Shown one piece after another: positions 48,679 to 58,658 of a stretch of 64,000 nucleotides of DNA. The translations under genes and the position numbers were made by a program. The DNA comes from a virus (Duplodnaviria > Caudoviricetes). The stretch is taken from positions 2,430-66,429 of IMG/VR virus record IMGVR_UViG_3300005683_000047; one strand, 5' to 3'. Position 1 is the stretch's first letter; each line of letters begins with the position of its first letter. The notes under the pieces are model-generated. The model had not been told where the DNA came from. It did not search any database and saw only the letters and a program-made list of their open reading frames with translations.

Positions 48679-49895
48679 TGTCGGCCTTCCCGATGAAAAC
48701 ACTCACCAACTTGTGTCATAGAATCCCAAGGAATCACCCATTGCATAAAGTTTTCATACATATAACCAGAATATGTTTGTGATATTGAATCATTAGAACC
48801 ACCAAGTGCAAGCCAACACTTATCATCGCTTAAAGAATTTGTTCCTAACCCTTGCGAAATTCCAAAAAAATCAATTTTCCCTAAAAATCCTCGTAACGTT
48901 CCATCGTTTACTAAAACATTTATCGATCTAACGTCAAATTGTGGTTCTTCACTTATGAATGCATTAGGTTGCAATTGACTAATAAATGTCGATGCATAAA
49001 CATCAAGATTGTATGAAAAAACACCAGAACCTGCTACGTCTCCCTTAAATGACACTCCACCGTCGTATCCAGTAGTGTTGCCACCGGTGTCGAACTTTTG
49101 ATTTCCATTAGGTGAGCCAAACAAACTAGCTAGATTGAACACAGATTTTATGTCAGGATTTGATACAGAACACATCATCAAATAAGGATGATTATTTCTA
49201 GGGCCATTAGAGGGCACTGAATATTTACCAAAAAAACAAGGCAAATAAAAATCTTGTGTGCCTGGCGATGACATCATCAAAAAATTTTCCTTATCAGCCA
49301 CAAGATGAAATCTTGCTCCCTGATTGTATAAATTTGACACATTTTCTATGTTTGATTGCATGGCAAACATTGGTGTCATATTTTCACGTAACGTAGAATG
49401 CAACCCTCCTGTGGCATTTGATCTAGGAAATACAAATAACGTTGATGAACCTGATGTCCAAACTGGTGATCTTTTTACGTCCGATCCAATGGTTGATCCG
49501 CTTGAACCATTCCAAGGATTACCGCCGTTATCTAAAAATGCCACTTGCCAACCCAAAACACCACGAGGCGCATTAGAATTTGCTGCAATCAGGGCTGGTG
49601 TTCCTGGAGTCACACCAAACTGTCCAGGTTTTTCTGAATATTGAAAATGCATATAAAATGGAACAGTTGCTGAAGAAAAACAAAAAACGCTCCAAGCATT
49701 ATTTCCAAAACGTTTTGATTCATCCCAATAACCACTACCAGTTCCAGGTGACGATCCAGAACTATATGCAATTAACTTAATGCCAATTGTTCTTGCATTT
49801 GAACTTGACAAAAAATTAAAAATTCCAACATAACATTCATTCATCACATTTTGTGTCGGATAAATGTAATGATCAACTGATCCAATCAAAGTCAT
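48666..49895 (-). CDS. Array paralog P2 (409 aa)
   Basis: GNNAWSVFCFSSATVPFY; PWNGSS; FPRSN; FFGKY; VIPWD. Confidence 0.75.
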   Translation of the reverse strand: MTLIGSVDHYIYPTQNVMNECYVGIFNFLSSSNARTIGIKLIAYSSGSSPGTGSGYWDESKRFGNNAWSVFCFSSATVPFYMHFQYSEKPGQFGVTPGTPALIAANSNAPRGVLGWQVAFLDNGGNPWNGSSGSTIGSDVKRSPVWTSGSSTLFVFPRSNATGGLHSTLRENMTPMFAMQSNIENVSNLYNQGARFHLVADKENFLMMSSPGTQDFYLPCFFGKYSVPSNGPRNNHPYLMMCSVSNPDIKSVFNLASLFGSPNGNQKFDTGGNTTGYDGGVSFKGDVAGSGVFSYNLDVYASTFISQLQPNAFISEEPQFDVRSINVLVNDGTLRGFLGKIDFFGISQGLGTNSLSDDKCWLALGGSNDSISQTYSGYMYENFMQWVIPWDSMTQVGECFHREGRQWKR

Positions 49896-51091
49896 TGAAT
49901 TTTCCTGCCAGTTCTAGTTAAACCAGATCTAGGAAGTGAACCAGACCAAGGTATCACTGTTTTAATTGAACCCGATATTCCATTCCCACTCAAAACAAGT
50001 AATCCATCAGACAACGTGTTTTGAGGAACGTTATAACATAACTGATATGTTTTAAAAAATCCCAAACTTCCATAAAATCGAGGTGATTCAAATGCTACAA
50101 CGTGAGGATACAAAAGATCAAACGTAGAAGTGACATAACAAGTGTTGGGATGGAATCTAGCATCTGACATCATCAATTGCGGCACATCTAAAACAAATCC
50201 TCTAACGCCACCGTTCTTGAATGGTGACATCACTCCACCTTCTGAATCTGACGAACCACTGATGCTACCCCAAACAAATTTTGGAACGTCAACTATTTGT
50301 GGAAGAGGAAATATATCTTCTGCATTATTGTTTTGTGCTTGTTTAGGTTTATTGATACACCCATAAATTGTCACTTTCTTATTGACAGAAGATTCATGTC
50401 GTTCAATTGGACCGAACGTAAACCCATACCATGAGAACGCATCATTACCATAAAATGAAATTTCGTCCCTAGAACCAAAAATAGAAAAATAATTGTCTGA
50501 CACAAGACTTAACTTGTTTTGAGACACTAATTGCATTAAATTTTCACGACGTTGTTGATGCATTCCATTCCAACTGTTGCTTCTGGGCCAAACATATAGT
50601 TGTGAAGAATCACCCTTCCAAACCTCTGACACGTTTATGTCATTTTTTGCAAATTTAATATCATATCCATCGTTGTTTGTTGTCCCTGCCCAAGGTGATT
50701 CTTTGTCAAGACGCAAAGCAATAGCAATCCCAAGACCTCCACTTAGTGCATGATAATTGTTAACACCAGAAACTGCGTTATTCCCCCATAACATAGCAGG
50801 AAAACCCGGACCGTCTCCAATAGGAAAATCTGAACCAGTTGCGGCTTGAATCAGCACAGAAAACGGCAACTTTGCATCTTCAAAATTAAAGACTGCCCAA
50901 CAATTGTTTCCAACAGAATTAGAAGAACCACGATAGTTCATTCCAGAACCACTTGTTCCATAATTGCATGAAATTCGTTTTGTTCCGAGTGACGCTGAAT
51001 TATAATAGAAAAAATCATGAACTGTCACAAATGCGTCGAGTGACGCAGTAATATTTGATTTAATCAAAAAATCCAGCGTTGAAACCGTCAT
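49892..51091 (-). CDS. Array paralog P3 (399 aa)
   Basis: GNNCWAVFNFEDAKLPFS; PWAGTT; WPRSN; VIPWS. Confidence 0.75.
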   Translation of the reverse strand: MTVSTLDFLIKSNITASLDAFVTVHDFFYYNSASLGTKRISCNYGTSGSGMNYRGSSNSVGNNCWAVFNFEDAKLPFSVLIQAATGSDFPIGDGPGFPAMLWGNNAVSGVNNYHALSGGLGIAIALRLDKESPWAGTTNNDGYDIKFAKNDINVSEVWKGDSSQLYVWPRSNSWNGMHQQRRENLMQLVSQNKLSLVSDNYFSIFGSRDEISFYGNDAFSWYGFTFGPIERHESSVNKKVTIYGCINKPKQAQNNNAEDIFPLPQIVDVPKFVWGSISGSSDSEGGVMSPFKNGGVRGFVLDVPQLMMSDARFHPNTCYVTSTFDLLYPHVVAFESPRFYGSLGFFKTYQLCYNVPQNTLSDGLLVLSGNGISGSIKTVIPWSGSLPRSGLTRTGRKIQ

Positions 51092-51438
51092 TTTTTTTGT
51101 CTGCTTCTTTGTCTAAAAAACGTGTATGTTTTTCTAAAACGTGTAGGTTCTAACACATACGTTTCTTCTGGTTGTGGTAACCATATTAATTCATACGTCA
51201 CAGGTGATTCGTTAATTTGAAACTGCGTTAGATTTTGAAAATGTTCAAATTCTGTAGACACATCATTGAACGTAAACCCATTTTCAACTCTATTGATTGG
51301 ACCATGTGAAACAAACGATCCAGAACAACTGGGATCTAATTCATAATCAACGACATCATATGTTGGTGTTTCTGGGTGAAAACTTCCAGTTGAATTAATG
51401 GCAACAACACCAACATCGAATGCTAAAAACGTTGCCAT
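51088..51438 (-). CDS. Small array-associated protein s1 (116 aa)
   Basis: C-terminal LPQPEETYVLEPTRFRKTYT, similar to s2. Confidence 0.55.
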   Translation of the reverse strand: MATFLAFDVGVVAINSTGSFHPETPTYDVVDYELDPSCSGSFVSHGPINRVENGFTFNDVSTEFEHFQNLTQFQINESPVTYELIWLPQPEETYVLEPTRFRKTYTFFRQRSRQKK

Positions 51439-51442
51439 TCAA

Positions 51443-52627
51443 TTAAAATTGTCTTCCGTATCGATCTGCACTCTGACCAGGCGATGACGTGCCATCCCAA
51501 GGAACAACCATTTTAATTGTTGCATGAGTTGCATTTCCAAACACAGCACGTAAACGATTTACGTCCGTTGCATGTGATGGAAGACCAAAACACATATGAA
51601 AAAAACTCATTCTTCCTAAAAATCCAAATGTCGGTGCTTCGTTTAATCCAACCATCATAGGATATGTGTCGTATTTTGCTTCGTAAAAACCAGAGTTAGG
51701 ATGAAAACGTTGATCACCCAAAAAGTTTGGCATCAAATCAAGACTACAACCTCTAACACCATATGGAACACCTGGTGCCCCTGGAAGGGGGTAGATAATT
51801 CCTCCTTCTTGAGTTGGGTTACTACCTGATGTTGACCCATAAATAATCGAGACACCATACTGAGGTAATGGTGTGTTCACTTGATCAGCAGTTGAAATAC
51901 AAACATGTGGTGGTAAACTTGAAGTTATGTCAGGTCTACGATCATATTTACCGTAATAAAACATCGTATACGAACCATCGTAGTTTATGTCACCTAGAGC
52001 CAAAAAATTGTTTTCATCAAGTAGATAGTGAACTCTGGCACCAGAATACTTTATAGAAGTCGTGTCACCAGTCTTGTTGTATAAAAATCCAATGCAATTC
52101 TCTTTGTTTGTGAAATGATTGCCTCCAGCATTGTTACTTCTTGGAAATACAAACAATCTGGATCCACCATCGACCCATACAGGCGTTCCCTTTGTATCTC
52201 TGCCGTTATTGTTTGTGGTGCCATTCCATGGATTGCCGCCGTCTTCACGAACTGCAACGCTGAATCCTATTCCACCACCATTTGGATCTTGCCAGTTTGT
52301 GTTAGAACCCATTAAAACACCTGGTGCGCCAGAACCAGTACCAAACGTTCCATTACTCCACTGAGTCATCATATAAAATGGAACTGACGCTGAAGCAAAT
52401 CTATAAACTGCCCATGCATTATTTCCAACAGGATTTGGCATGTCCCACCAGTTAAGACCAGTTCCAGTTGAACCTGTGTGATACGCAATTCTTTCGACAC
52501 CAGAATCAATCGCATAAGTACTGGTTAGAAAATTACATAACGCTGAAAACGCTTCGCTGATAGGAATTTGAGTGTTTACGTTGCCACCACCCAAAATTCT
52601 ATGATCGATTGAACCATGTATAGTCAT
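51443..52627 (-). CDS. Array paralog P4 (394 aa)
   Basis: GNNAWAVYRFASASVPFY; PWNGTT; FPRSN; YYGKY; VVPWD. Confidence 0.75.
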   Translation of the reverse strand: MTIHGSIDHRILGGGNVNTQIPISEAFSALCNFLTSTYAIDSGVERIAYHTGSTGTGLNWWDMPNPVGNNAWAVYRFASASVPFYMMTQWSNGTFGTGSGAPGVLMGSNTNWQDPNGGGIGFSVAVREDGGNPWNGTTNNNGRDTKGTPVWVDGGSRLFVFPRSNNAGGNHFTNKENCIGFLYNKTGDTTSIKYSGARVHYLLDENNFLALGDINYDGSYTMFYYGKYDRRPDITSSLPPHVCISTADQVNTPLPQYGVSIIYGSTSGSNPTQEGGIIYPLPGAPGVPYGVRGCSLDLMPNFLGDQRFHPNSGFYEAKYDTYPMMVGLNEAPTFGFLGRMSFFHMCFGLPSHATDVNRLRAVFGNATHATIKMVVPWDGTSSPGQSADRYGRQF

Positions 52628-52636
52628 GTAAGTTTC

Positions 52637-53965
52637 CTACAAATTCTGTGTCTCTAACATTTTAACACCTTCGCGAGTGTTTGTGTAATACGGACCTTTA
52701 TAACTAGGTGACCATGGAATCGCATATTTATATGAAGGTCCGAATGCTGGACCTATCACTAACCATTTTCCTTTTGCTAATTTAGCGTTTGTCGGTACAG
52801 AACTAACACCTCTAATAAAAGATAGTTTTCCTAACGTAATAGGTGGAATTGGGTAAAATTCTGAAGACGAATTTGTAAACTTTTCCTGCCATCCTATAGG
52901 AATTTTCATCATCTCAATACACCCGTTATTAATTGAAGTGTTATGATACATTCGTGAATTACCTTCCCCAATTGATGTTGGAAACGACGTTGCAACTTGC
53001 GTTCCGGAAGCATATCCGATGTATCCTGTCATCAATGAACCGACTGAATTTCTATTTGAATTTACAACACCGCCGTTTACAGACGCATTACCAGATTTAC
53101 CTGTGCGTGGATCTAATTGCACTATTGAATTAATAAGTTGTTTTGATCCAAATGGTGCTGATTGGCCTAAGCTTGAATAGTTCAACTTACAATCGTTTAT
53201 GCATAACATGCAATACGGTTCTGTGTTACCTGTTATATCTGACAACTTGTCATATTTTCCAAAGTAAACAACACTCATAATACCCATACCACCGATATCA
53301 AAAACACCTATAAATTGATCATTTGAAACAACATAATGAAAGATTCCACGCTTCGAATAAAAATATTCGTTATTTCCATTACTGTAACTCGCTTCAAATC
53401 CAGTAACAGTTGCAAGACTCACCATTCCAGACTTAGTTGAATCATCTTCACCACCGTAACTGTTAACTCTGGGAAAACACATTAAATTTGAGCTATCACC
53501 TTCCCACACTGGTGTTGATTTAACGTCTAACCCATTATTAAATGTTGTGCCGCGCCAAGGAGACGATAAATCATTTGTAAATGCAAATGAAAAAGCTAAC
53601 CCAACTCTAGAAGAGTCTGAAATCGATCCAGGATTTCCAGGAGAACTACCAAATTGTAATCGACCAGAATATTGAACTAACATGCAAAAAGGAACAGACG
53701 CACTTGCAAATTTAAAACATGCCCAAGCATTCTCTCCAGCTGGTGTGGAAGAGTCCCAATATCCCATTCCAGAACCATTAAATCCAAAATTAGACGCAAT
53801 TCTAGTTATTCCTAAAGAAGCACATTCTGAACCTGTCAAAAAATTATGTAACGAAATAAACGATTCATTTAATTCTTGATAACCATTGAATCCCGTATAA
53901 TTTTCGCTTGCATTTCCATCGATATAAACATCTGCTAAAATTGCATACGTTGTTTGTATTGGCAT
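52637..53965 (-). CDS. Array paralog P5 (442 aa)
   Basis: GENAWACFKFASASVPFC; PWRGTT; FPRVN; YFGKY; AIPWS. Confidence 0.75.
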   Translation of the reverse strand: MPIQTTYAILADVYIDGNASENYTGFNGYQELNESFISLHNFLTGSECASLGITRIASNFGFNGSGMGYWDSSTPAGENAWACFKFASASVPFCMLVQYSGRLQFGSSPGNPGSISDSSRVGLAFSFAFTNDLSSPWRGTTFNNGLDVKSTPVWEGDSSNLMCFPRVNSYGGEDDSTKSGMVSLATVTGFEASYSNGNNEYFYSKRGIFHYVVSNDQFIGVFDIGGMGIMSVVYFGKYDKLSDITGNTEPYCMLCINDCKLNYSSLGQSAPFGSKQLINSIVQLDPRTGKSGNASVNGGVVNSNRNSVGSLMTGYIGYASGTQVATSFPTSIGEGNSRMYHNTSINNGCIEMMKIPIGWQEKFTNSSSEFYPIPPITLGKLSFIRGVSSVPTNAKLAKGKWLVIGPAFGPSYKYAIPWSPSYKGPYYTNTREGVKMLETQNL

Positions 53966-55218
53966 TATTCACTCCTGATGAATTGAACGCCTTCTTTGCC
54001 AAAATACGTTCCTGGAGATTTTGCACTTGAATCCCAGGGTATCACTATTCCTGGGTGTGATTCAGGAGTTGACATATCAATGACACTGCCTCCTGGAAGG
54101 AATGCCCATTTGCCATTGTTAAACGTTGATTGTGAAGGGACTTCACTGACAAATTTAAAGAAATCAACAAATCCAGCGACGCCATAATATGGCGATTCAG
54201 CCACTAACAAAAATACATTTGCAGGATTAAACGTTGACATTGGTTTATTTGCAACTAAATTTGGGTGTGCGTTCCAATTTTTTGCCATCATGTACCAATC
54301 AACGTTCATCGTTTTTACTAATCCTGTACTTCCACTCTTGAACGCAATTCCGCCGTCGCCACCCCAAGTTGAAAACCCTAAACCATTAATTCCACCATAT
54401 AAACCATTTGATACAGCATTACCACCGCCGTAATCATAAATTTCAGACATTGCTGCAAGTGAATTGCAGAATGACGTTGACACGTTACTAATTGATGCTA
54501 ACGTAAGTGGACTATTATTTGACGCAATTGCAATATATTTACCAATCCAATGGAAATAATGCATTCTAATTCCAGAACCTAGTTCATGAAAAATTGCAAA
54601 ATTGTTTTGATCAGCAATAAAATGCACACCAACATCATGAATTCCATACCAATACATTGGTTGAGTGTTTGCAATTGCATTTACCTTCACAGACATCATT
54701 GCTTGTTTTGTTGAATTACTTGCACCGCCAAGATTATTTTGTCGTGGAAAGCAATATGATGAAGTGTTCCATACAGGATTACCTTTTACGTCATTGCCAT
54801 TTGCAAAAGAAGTTCCATTCCATGCATTACCACCGTCTTCCAGAGCAGCTCCGGCGAATGCAAACATACCATTTGATGATGCGATTGGTGTTGTTGCTGG
54901 ATTTCCTGGAGTTGAACCAAATGTAACAGACGGTTCTGAACTTTGAATTAGCACATAAAATGGATTCGTGGCAGATGAAAATCTAAAGCATGCCCAAGCA
55001 TTTGAACCAACTGAACTCTGTAAAACAGACCCAGAATAATAATTGGGATAGTTTATCGCACCACTTACGATAGAACCAGTGTTATACGCAACTAAATTAA
55101 TGCCCAATTCTTTACAATTTGAGCCTGACAAAAATTTATATGCAGCAACGAACATTGACGTTGCTTGAAAGTCATCAGGATAAAATCTATGATTTACAGA
55201 ACCAGCAAATTTTCGCAT
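53965..55218 (-). CDS. Array paralog P6 (417 aa)
   Basis: GSNAWACFRFSSATNPFY; AWNGTS; FPRQN; WIGKY; VIPWD. Confidence 0.75.
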   Translation of the reverse strand: MRKFAGSVNHRFYPDDFQATSMFVAAYKFLSGSNCKELGINLVAYNTGSIVSGAINYPNYYSGSVLQSSVGSNAWACFRFSSATNPFYVLIQSSEPSVTFGSTPGNPATTPIASSNGMFAFAGAALEDGGNAWNGTSFANGNDVKGNPVWNTSSYCFPRQNNLGGASNSTKQAMMSVKVNAIANTQPMYWYGIHDVGVHFIADQNNFAIFHELGSGIRMHYFHWIGKYIAIASNNSPLTLASISNVSTSFCNSLAAMSEIYDYGGGNAVSNGLYGGINGLGFSTWGGDGGIAFKSGSTGLVKTMNVDWYMMAKNWNAHPNLVANKPMSTFNPANVFLLVAESPYYGVAGFVDFFKFVSEVPSQSTFNNGKWAFLPGGSVIDMSTPESHPGIVIPWDSSAKSPGTYFGKEGVQFIRSE

Positions 55219-55219
55219 T

Positions 55220-56704
55220 TCACAATTTTACTCCCTGCAATGTTCCTGTTGACGGTGAAACAGTTGACCATGGAAGAATTGCTTTTATAGTGTATTTTAC
55301 TGAATTGCCAAAAGCAGCTCTGCTAAAGTCTGGCGTCGAATCAAGCGTATTAACTTGCATGGCGGCACCCCACCAATTAACGTATCCAATCGTGCCAAAA
55401 CATTTTGGATATTCCCACGCAATAACGCTAGGAGACCACACGTCAATTCTTGGTGTGCCCGAAGAACCAAACATTGAATTTGGCCAATATGGCGTATTAA
55501 AATCTTCATAATATGCTCTATAAAAAAGACCAGCAGGTAAGTCAAAAACAAAACCTTTAACGCCAGATTTTTCTCGAGTTGTGTTAGACCTCAAAGAACC
55601 AGAAAAAACGGCAAGACCACCTTCAAGTATTGTTGAACCACTGATGCTTCCATAAACGGGAGGATTTAACGTACTATATAGACCTACGCCAAATCCTAAA
55701 TCAAGATGTTCAAAAATCCAACCAGCAGAAAATTTATTTGCGCACAAATACGTGTAATCACCATGTGAATATTGAACACCAGAACCAGTGTAAATCATAG
55801 ATTTTCCAAAATAGAAGAAATCATATGAATTATCACTGCCAACGTCATTTAAAATTGCTAAATTATTCTCGTCAAACAAACAATGCCCAGAAACACCAAA
55901 ATTTCTAACATCAGATCTTAACAACAAAGGCATCAAATTGTTACGATTTGTTTGATGTAATCCTCCAGGATTGTTACTACGAGGCCACAAGTAGACACTA
56001 CTTGTTACGTCCCAATATGAAGATGATGATAGGCCAGTCCAAGGATTTCCTCCGTTAGACATTTGTCCCACAGCGATTCCTAACCCACCTTCAGTGGGAT
56101 TGTTTTGACCCCATAACGTTAGATTTGAACCAGAATACGCATTTGCTGGTGATCCAAAATGAAACAACCCGACGTAAAATGGAATTGATGCTGATGCAAA
56201 TTTCCATACTGAGAATGCATTTGTATTTACTGAATACCAAACAGTCCATTCAGTGCCTGCAATAAACTGTTGATCAGGAAATTTACCAAATATTCCATCG
56301 CCAAATGACGTTCCCGAAATTAACGGTATGAGATTTGTAAGTGGGTATGTTACTCCATTGTCATACGATAATGAAAATCTAGCAACTGAAAATCCAACGC
56401 CAGAATGATCTGAAGGAAATCCAGTCGTAGTTATTCTTATTTTGTAAAATCGATATGCATCAATAGTTTGTGTACCTGAAATAACAAAATTTGTTGGCGT
56501 GTTTATAGAAAACAACCAATTTGAAAAACTTTCAGTAGACAACACACTACCAGTGACAAATTGGACGCCTGCAGAAGAACCACTTGTCAATGCATCAGTT
56601 ATATGTTTGTAAACAAGGTACGACCCACTACTCGGCCCACGAGCAACATTAAAATTGTCTCGTGGGTCTGGTAGAATCTTGTAATTTACTTTTCCTTTAA
56701 GCAC
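55220..56704 (-). CDS. Array paralog P7 (494 aa, GTG start, extra N-terminal insert)
   Basis: TNAFSVWKFASASIPFY; PWTGLS; WPRSN; YFGKS; ILPWS. Confidence 0.72.
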   Translation of the reverse strand: MLKGKVNYKILPDPRDNFNVARGPSSGSYLVYKHITDALTSGSSAGVQFVTGSVLSTESFSNWLFSINTPTNFVISGTQTIDAYRFYKIRITTTGFPSDHSGVGFSVARFSLSYDNGVTYPLTNLIPLISGTSFGDGIFGKFPDQQFIAGTEWTVWYSVNTNAFSVWKFASASIPFYVGLFHFGSPANAYSGSNLTLWGQNNPTEGGLGIAVGQMSNGGNPWTGLSSSSYWDVTSSVYLWPRSNNPGGLHQTNRNNLMPLLLRSDVRNFGVSGHCLFDENNLAILNDVGSDNSYDFFYFGKSMIYTGSGVQYSHGDYTYLCANKFSAGWIFEHLDLGFGVGLYSTLNPPVYGSISGSTILEGGLAVFSGSLRSNTTREKSGVKGFVFDLPAGLFYRAYYEDFNTPYWPNSMFGSSGTPRIDVWSPSVIAWEYPKCFGTIGYVNWWGAAMQVNTLDSTPDFSRAAFGNSVKYTIKAILPWSTVSPSTGTLQGVKL

Positions 56705-56713
56705 TACAATTTC

Positions 56714-58507
56714 TCATAGAATTTGGCTTGCTAAAGTCGCAAGTTGTGAGCGCTCCCCTTTCACTAACGTGACGTGCCCTGCTATGGCATAATCCTTGAA
56801 TTTTTCTACAGCATACGTCAAACCATTTGTGAAAACATCAACATGTGTGTTATCAATTTGCTCGATATCTCCAGTCAAAATGATCTTTGTATTGTCACCG
56901 ACTCTAGTAATAATCGTCTTCAATTCGTGTATTGACAAGTTTTGTGCTTCATCAATGATGATAAAAGAATTTGGAATTGAACGACCACGCATATAGGTGA
57001 CAGCTTCAATTTCAATAATACCCTTTTCAAACAACATGTCAATGTAAGGATCACTTTTGAAAGTCTTTGTACCTTCATTATCCTTCGACACTTTTTGAAA
57101 CTTCTTGCCTGCACTCTTGAACAAGTAACCAAGATTATCTCGTATCGGAGCAATCCATGGTTCCATTTTCTCTTCTTTTGTTCCAGGCAAAAATCCGATG
57201 TCCTTACCGACAGCTTGAACAGGTCGAGTTATGACAAGTCGATCATATTTCTTCTTTTCAAGAACAAGTTCTAGGCCAGCTGCCACAGATAAAAGCGTCT
57301 TGCCACAATTATGACTTACAACACCATTTGTATAATAAGAGTGATCATCATGTCCTATTGATAGATCATATACACGTTGATTTCCTATGTTTTCAATGTT
57401 CAAGATTTTGCTATCACCAGAATCTGTTTGAAATTCAGTAGAATCTAACAATTGCATATCATTGACAATTTGATCAATTCTGATCCAATCACCATTAAAC
57501 AATCTAATCATGTGATCATTTGAACAACGAAGCTTTTTACCGTTTTCAAATGTCACATCATAGCACTTTTTAATTCCCTGATCAAGAAAATTTGTAATTT
57601 GTTGATAACCAACTGGTGAATTTGCGTATACAACATTATCTTTCAACAATTTGTCAATTTCAATAATTTTGACATTCATAGAAGGATTGTCATTAACCTT
57701 AATTGAAACAATCGTATCTTCTGTCACACAACCAGCTTTGCCTGTAAAAGTTACTAATTTGATGGAATCATCAAAAATCAAGTCCAGCGCAAATTGCTGT
57801 TCTTTGTTTCTTGGCGTCAATCCAAAGACAGATGTTTTGTTTTCGATCTTACGAATCGGCACACCAACATCAATATATCGTGCAAGTGCAGACTTGCTTT
57901 CTGGTTTGTCTTTTATCACCAAAATTTCATTTGGGTGTAACTCTGGATGATCAGAAAGTAGAGGTGAAAGCGTTACAGGTTTTCCTTCGTAAAAGTTATC
58001 AATTTCTTCCGTTGATAACGTGATTCTTGAAACACCACTGTAAAGTTGTTCTTTTTCAGAACAAACACGTAGCTTTTTATAATCTTCACTTTCAACACCC
58101 AATGCATCGCATTTCAAACGAACGTTGATATCATTCGAAACAACAACACAAGGAAGATGACATGTGGTTCTGTAGTACGCATACGCAATGATAACATTGT
58201 CAATTTTGTACTTTGTTCTTAGCTCAACTGGAAGCTTGGCAAATACGTCTTCTGCTGTCGGAACGATTTTTAGAGTCCCGCCTCCAGGAGTAGCTATTCC
58301 CTCATTGAGACTTCCTTGACTACGCATTTGATCTAGTTGTCTACTTACGGTTCTTGCGTTTTGTCCGACCTCATCTTGACGACTTTTGATGTTATCAAGT
58401 TCTTCTAAAACAACCATCGGAATTATCAAGTCGTTATCATCAAACGCATGTAATGCATTAGTATCGCTAAGAAGCACGTTAGTATCTAAAACGAATGTTT
58501 TTTTCAT
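56714..58507 (-). CDS. phoH: PIN-PhoH family ATPase (PhoH2/YlaK-type) precursor with an intein; 456 aa spliced
   Basis: PIN motifs FVLDTNVLL, VVLEELD, DNVII, SNDINVR; PRNKEQ; spliced Walker A GKAGCGKT; GFLPGTKEEKMEPW; YMRGRSI; IIIDEAQN; GDIEQID. Confidence 0.93.
   Translation of the reverse strand: MKKTFVLDTNVLLSDTNALHAFDDNDLIIPMVVLEELDNIKSRQDEVGQNARTVSRQLDQMRSQGSLNEGIATPGGGTLKIVPTAEDVFAKLPVELRTKYKIDNVIIAYAYYRTTCHLPCVVVSNDINVRLKCDALGVESEDYKKLRVCSEKEQLYSGVSRITLSTEEIDNFYEGKPVTLSPLLSDHPELHPNEILVIKDKPESKSALARYIDVGVPIRKIENKTSVFGLTPRNKEQQFALDLIFDDSIKLVTFTGKAGCVTEDTIVSIKVNDNPSMNVKIIEIDKLLKDNVVYANSPVGYQQITNFLDQGIKKCYDVTFENGKKLRCSNDHMIRLFNGDWIRIDQIVNDMQLLDSTEFQTDSGDSKILNIENIGNQRVYDLSIGHDDHSYYTNGVVSHNCGKTLLSVAAGLELVLEKKKYDRLVITRPVQAVGKDIGFLPGTKEEKMEPWIAPIRDNLGYLFKSAGKKFQKVSKDNEGTKTFKSDPYIDMLFEKGIIEIEAVTYMRGRSIPNSFIIIDEAQNLSIHELKTIITRVGDNTKIILTGDIEQIDNTHVDVFTNGLTYAVEKFKDYAIAGHVTLVKGERSQLATLASQIL
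57308..57730 (-). mobile_element. PhoH mini-intein (141 aa) inserted in the P-loop
   Basis: CVTEDTIV; CSNDHMI; VYDLSIG...YYTNGVVSHN with +1 Cys. Confidence 0.92.
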
Positions 58508-58658
58508 TTGTTCCTATAGCTTTCACTCTTGGTGAACCACGTCATAACACTTACAATTTGACAGTACGATAAAATCAAACATTGTTCTCTTTGTTGAATG
58601 AAAGATTTTATTTCTGAGTTTTCTATACACGTACTAATTTTTCAATATTTTCTATTAC

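Noticed and set aside
47341-56704. Diversity-generating retroelement template/variable repeat pair in the paralog array
   Set aside because: The closest nucleotide similarity I saw (YWDSSTP.GENAW in P1 and P5) differs at mixed, largely synonymous positions rather than only at adenines. No reverse transcriptase is present in the window.
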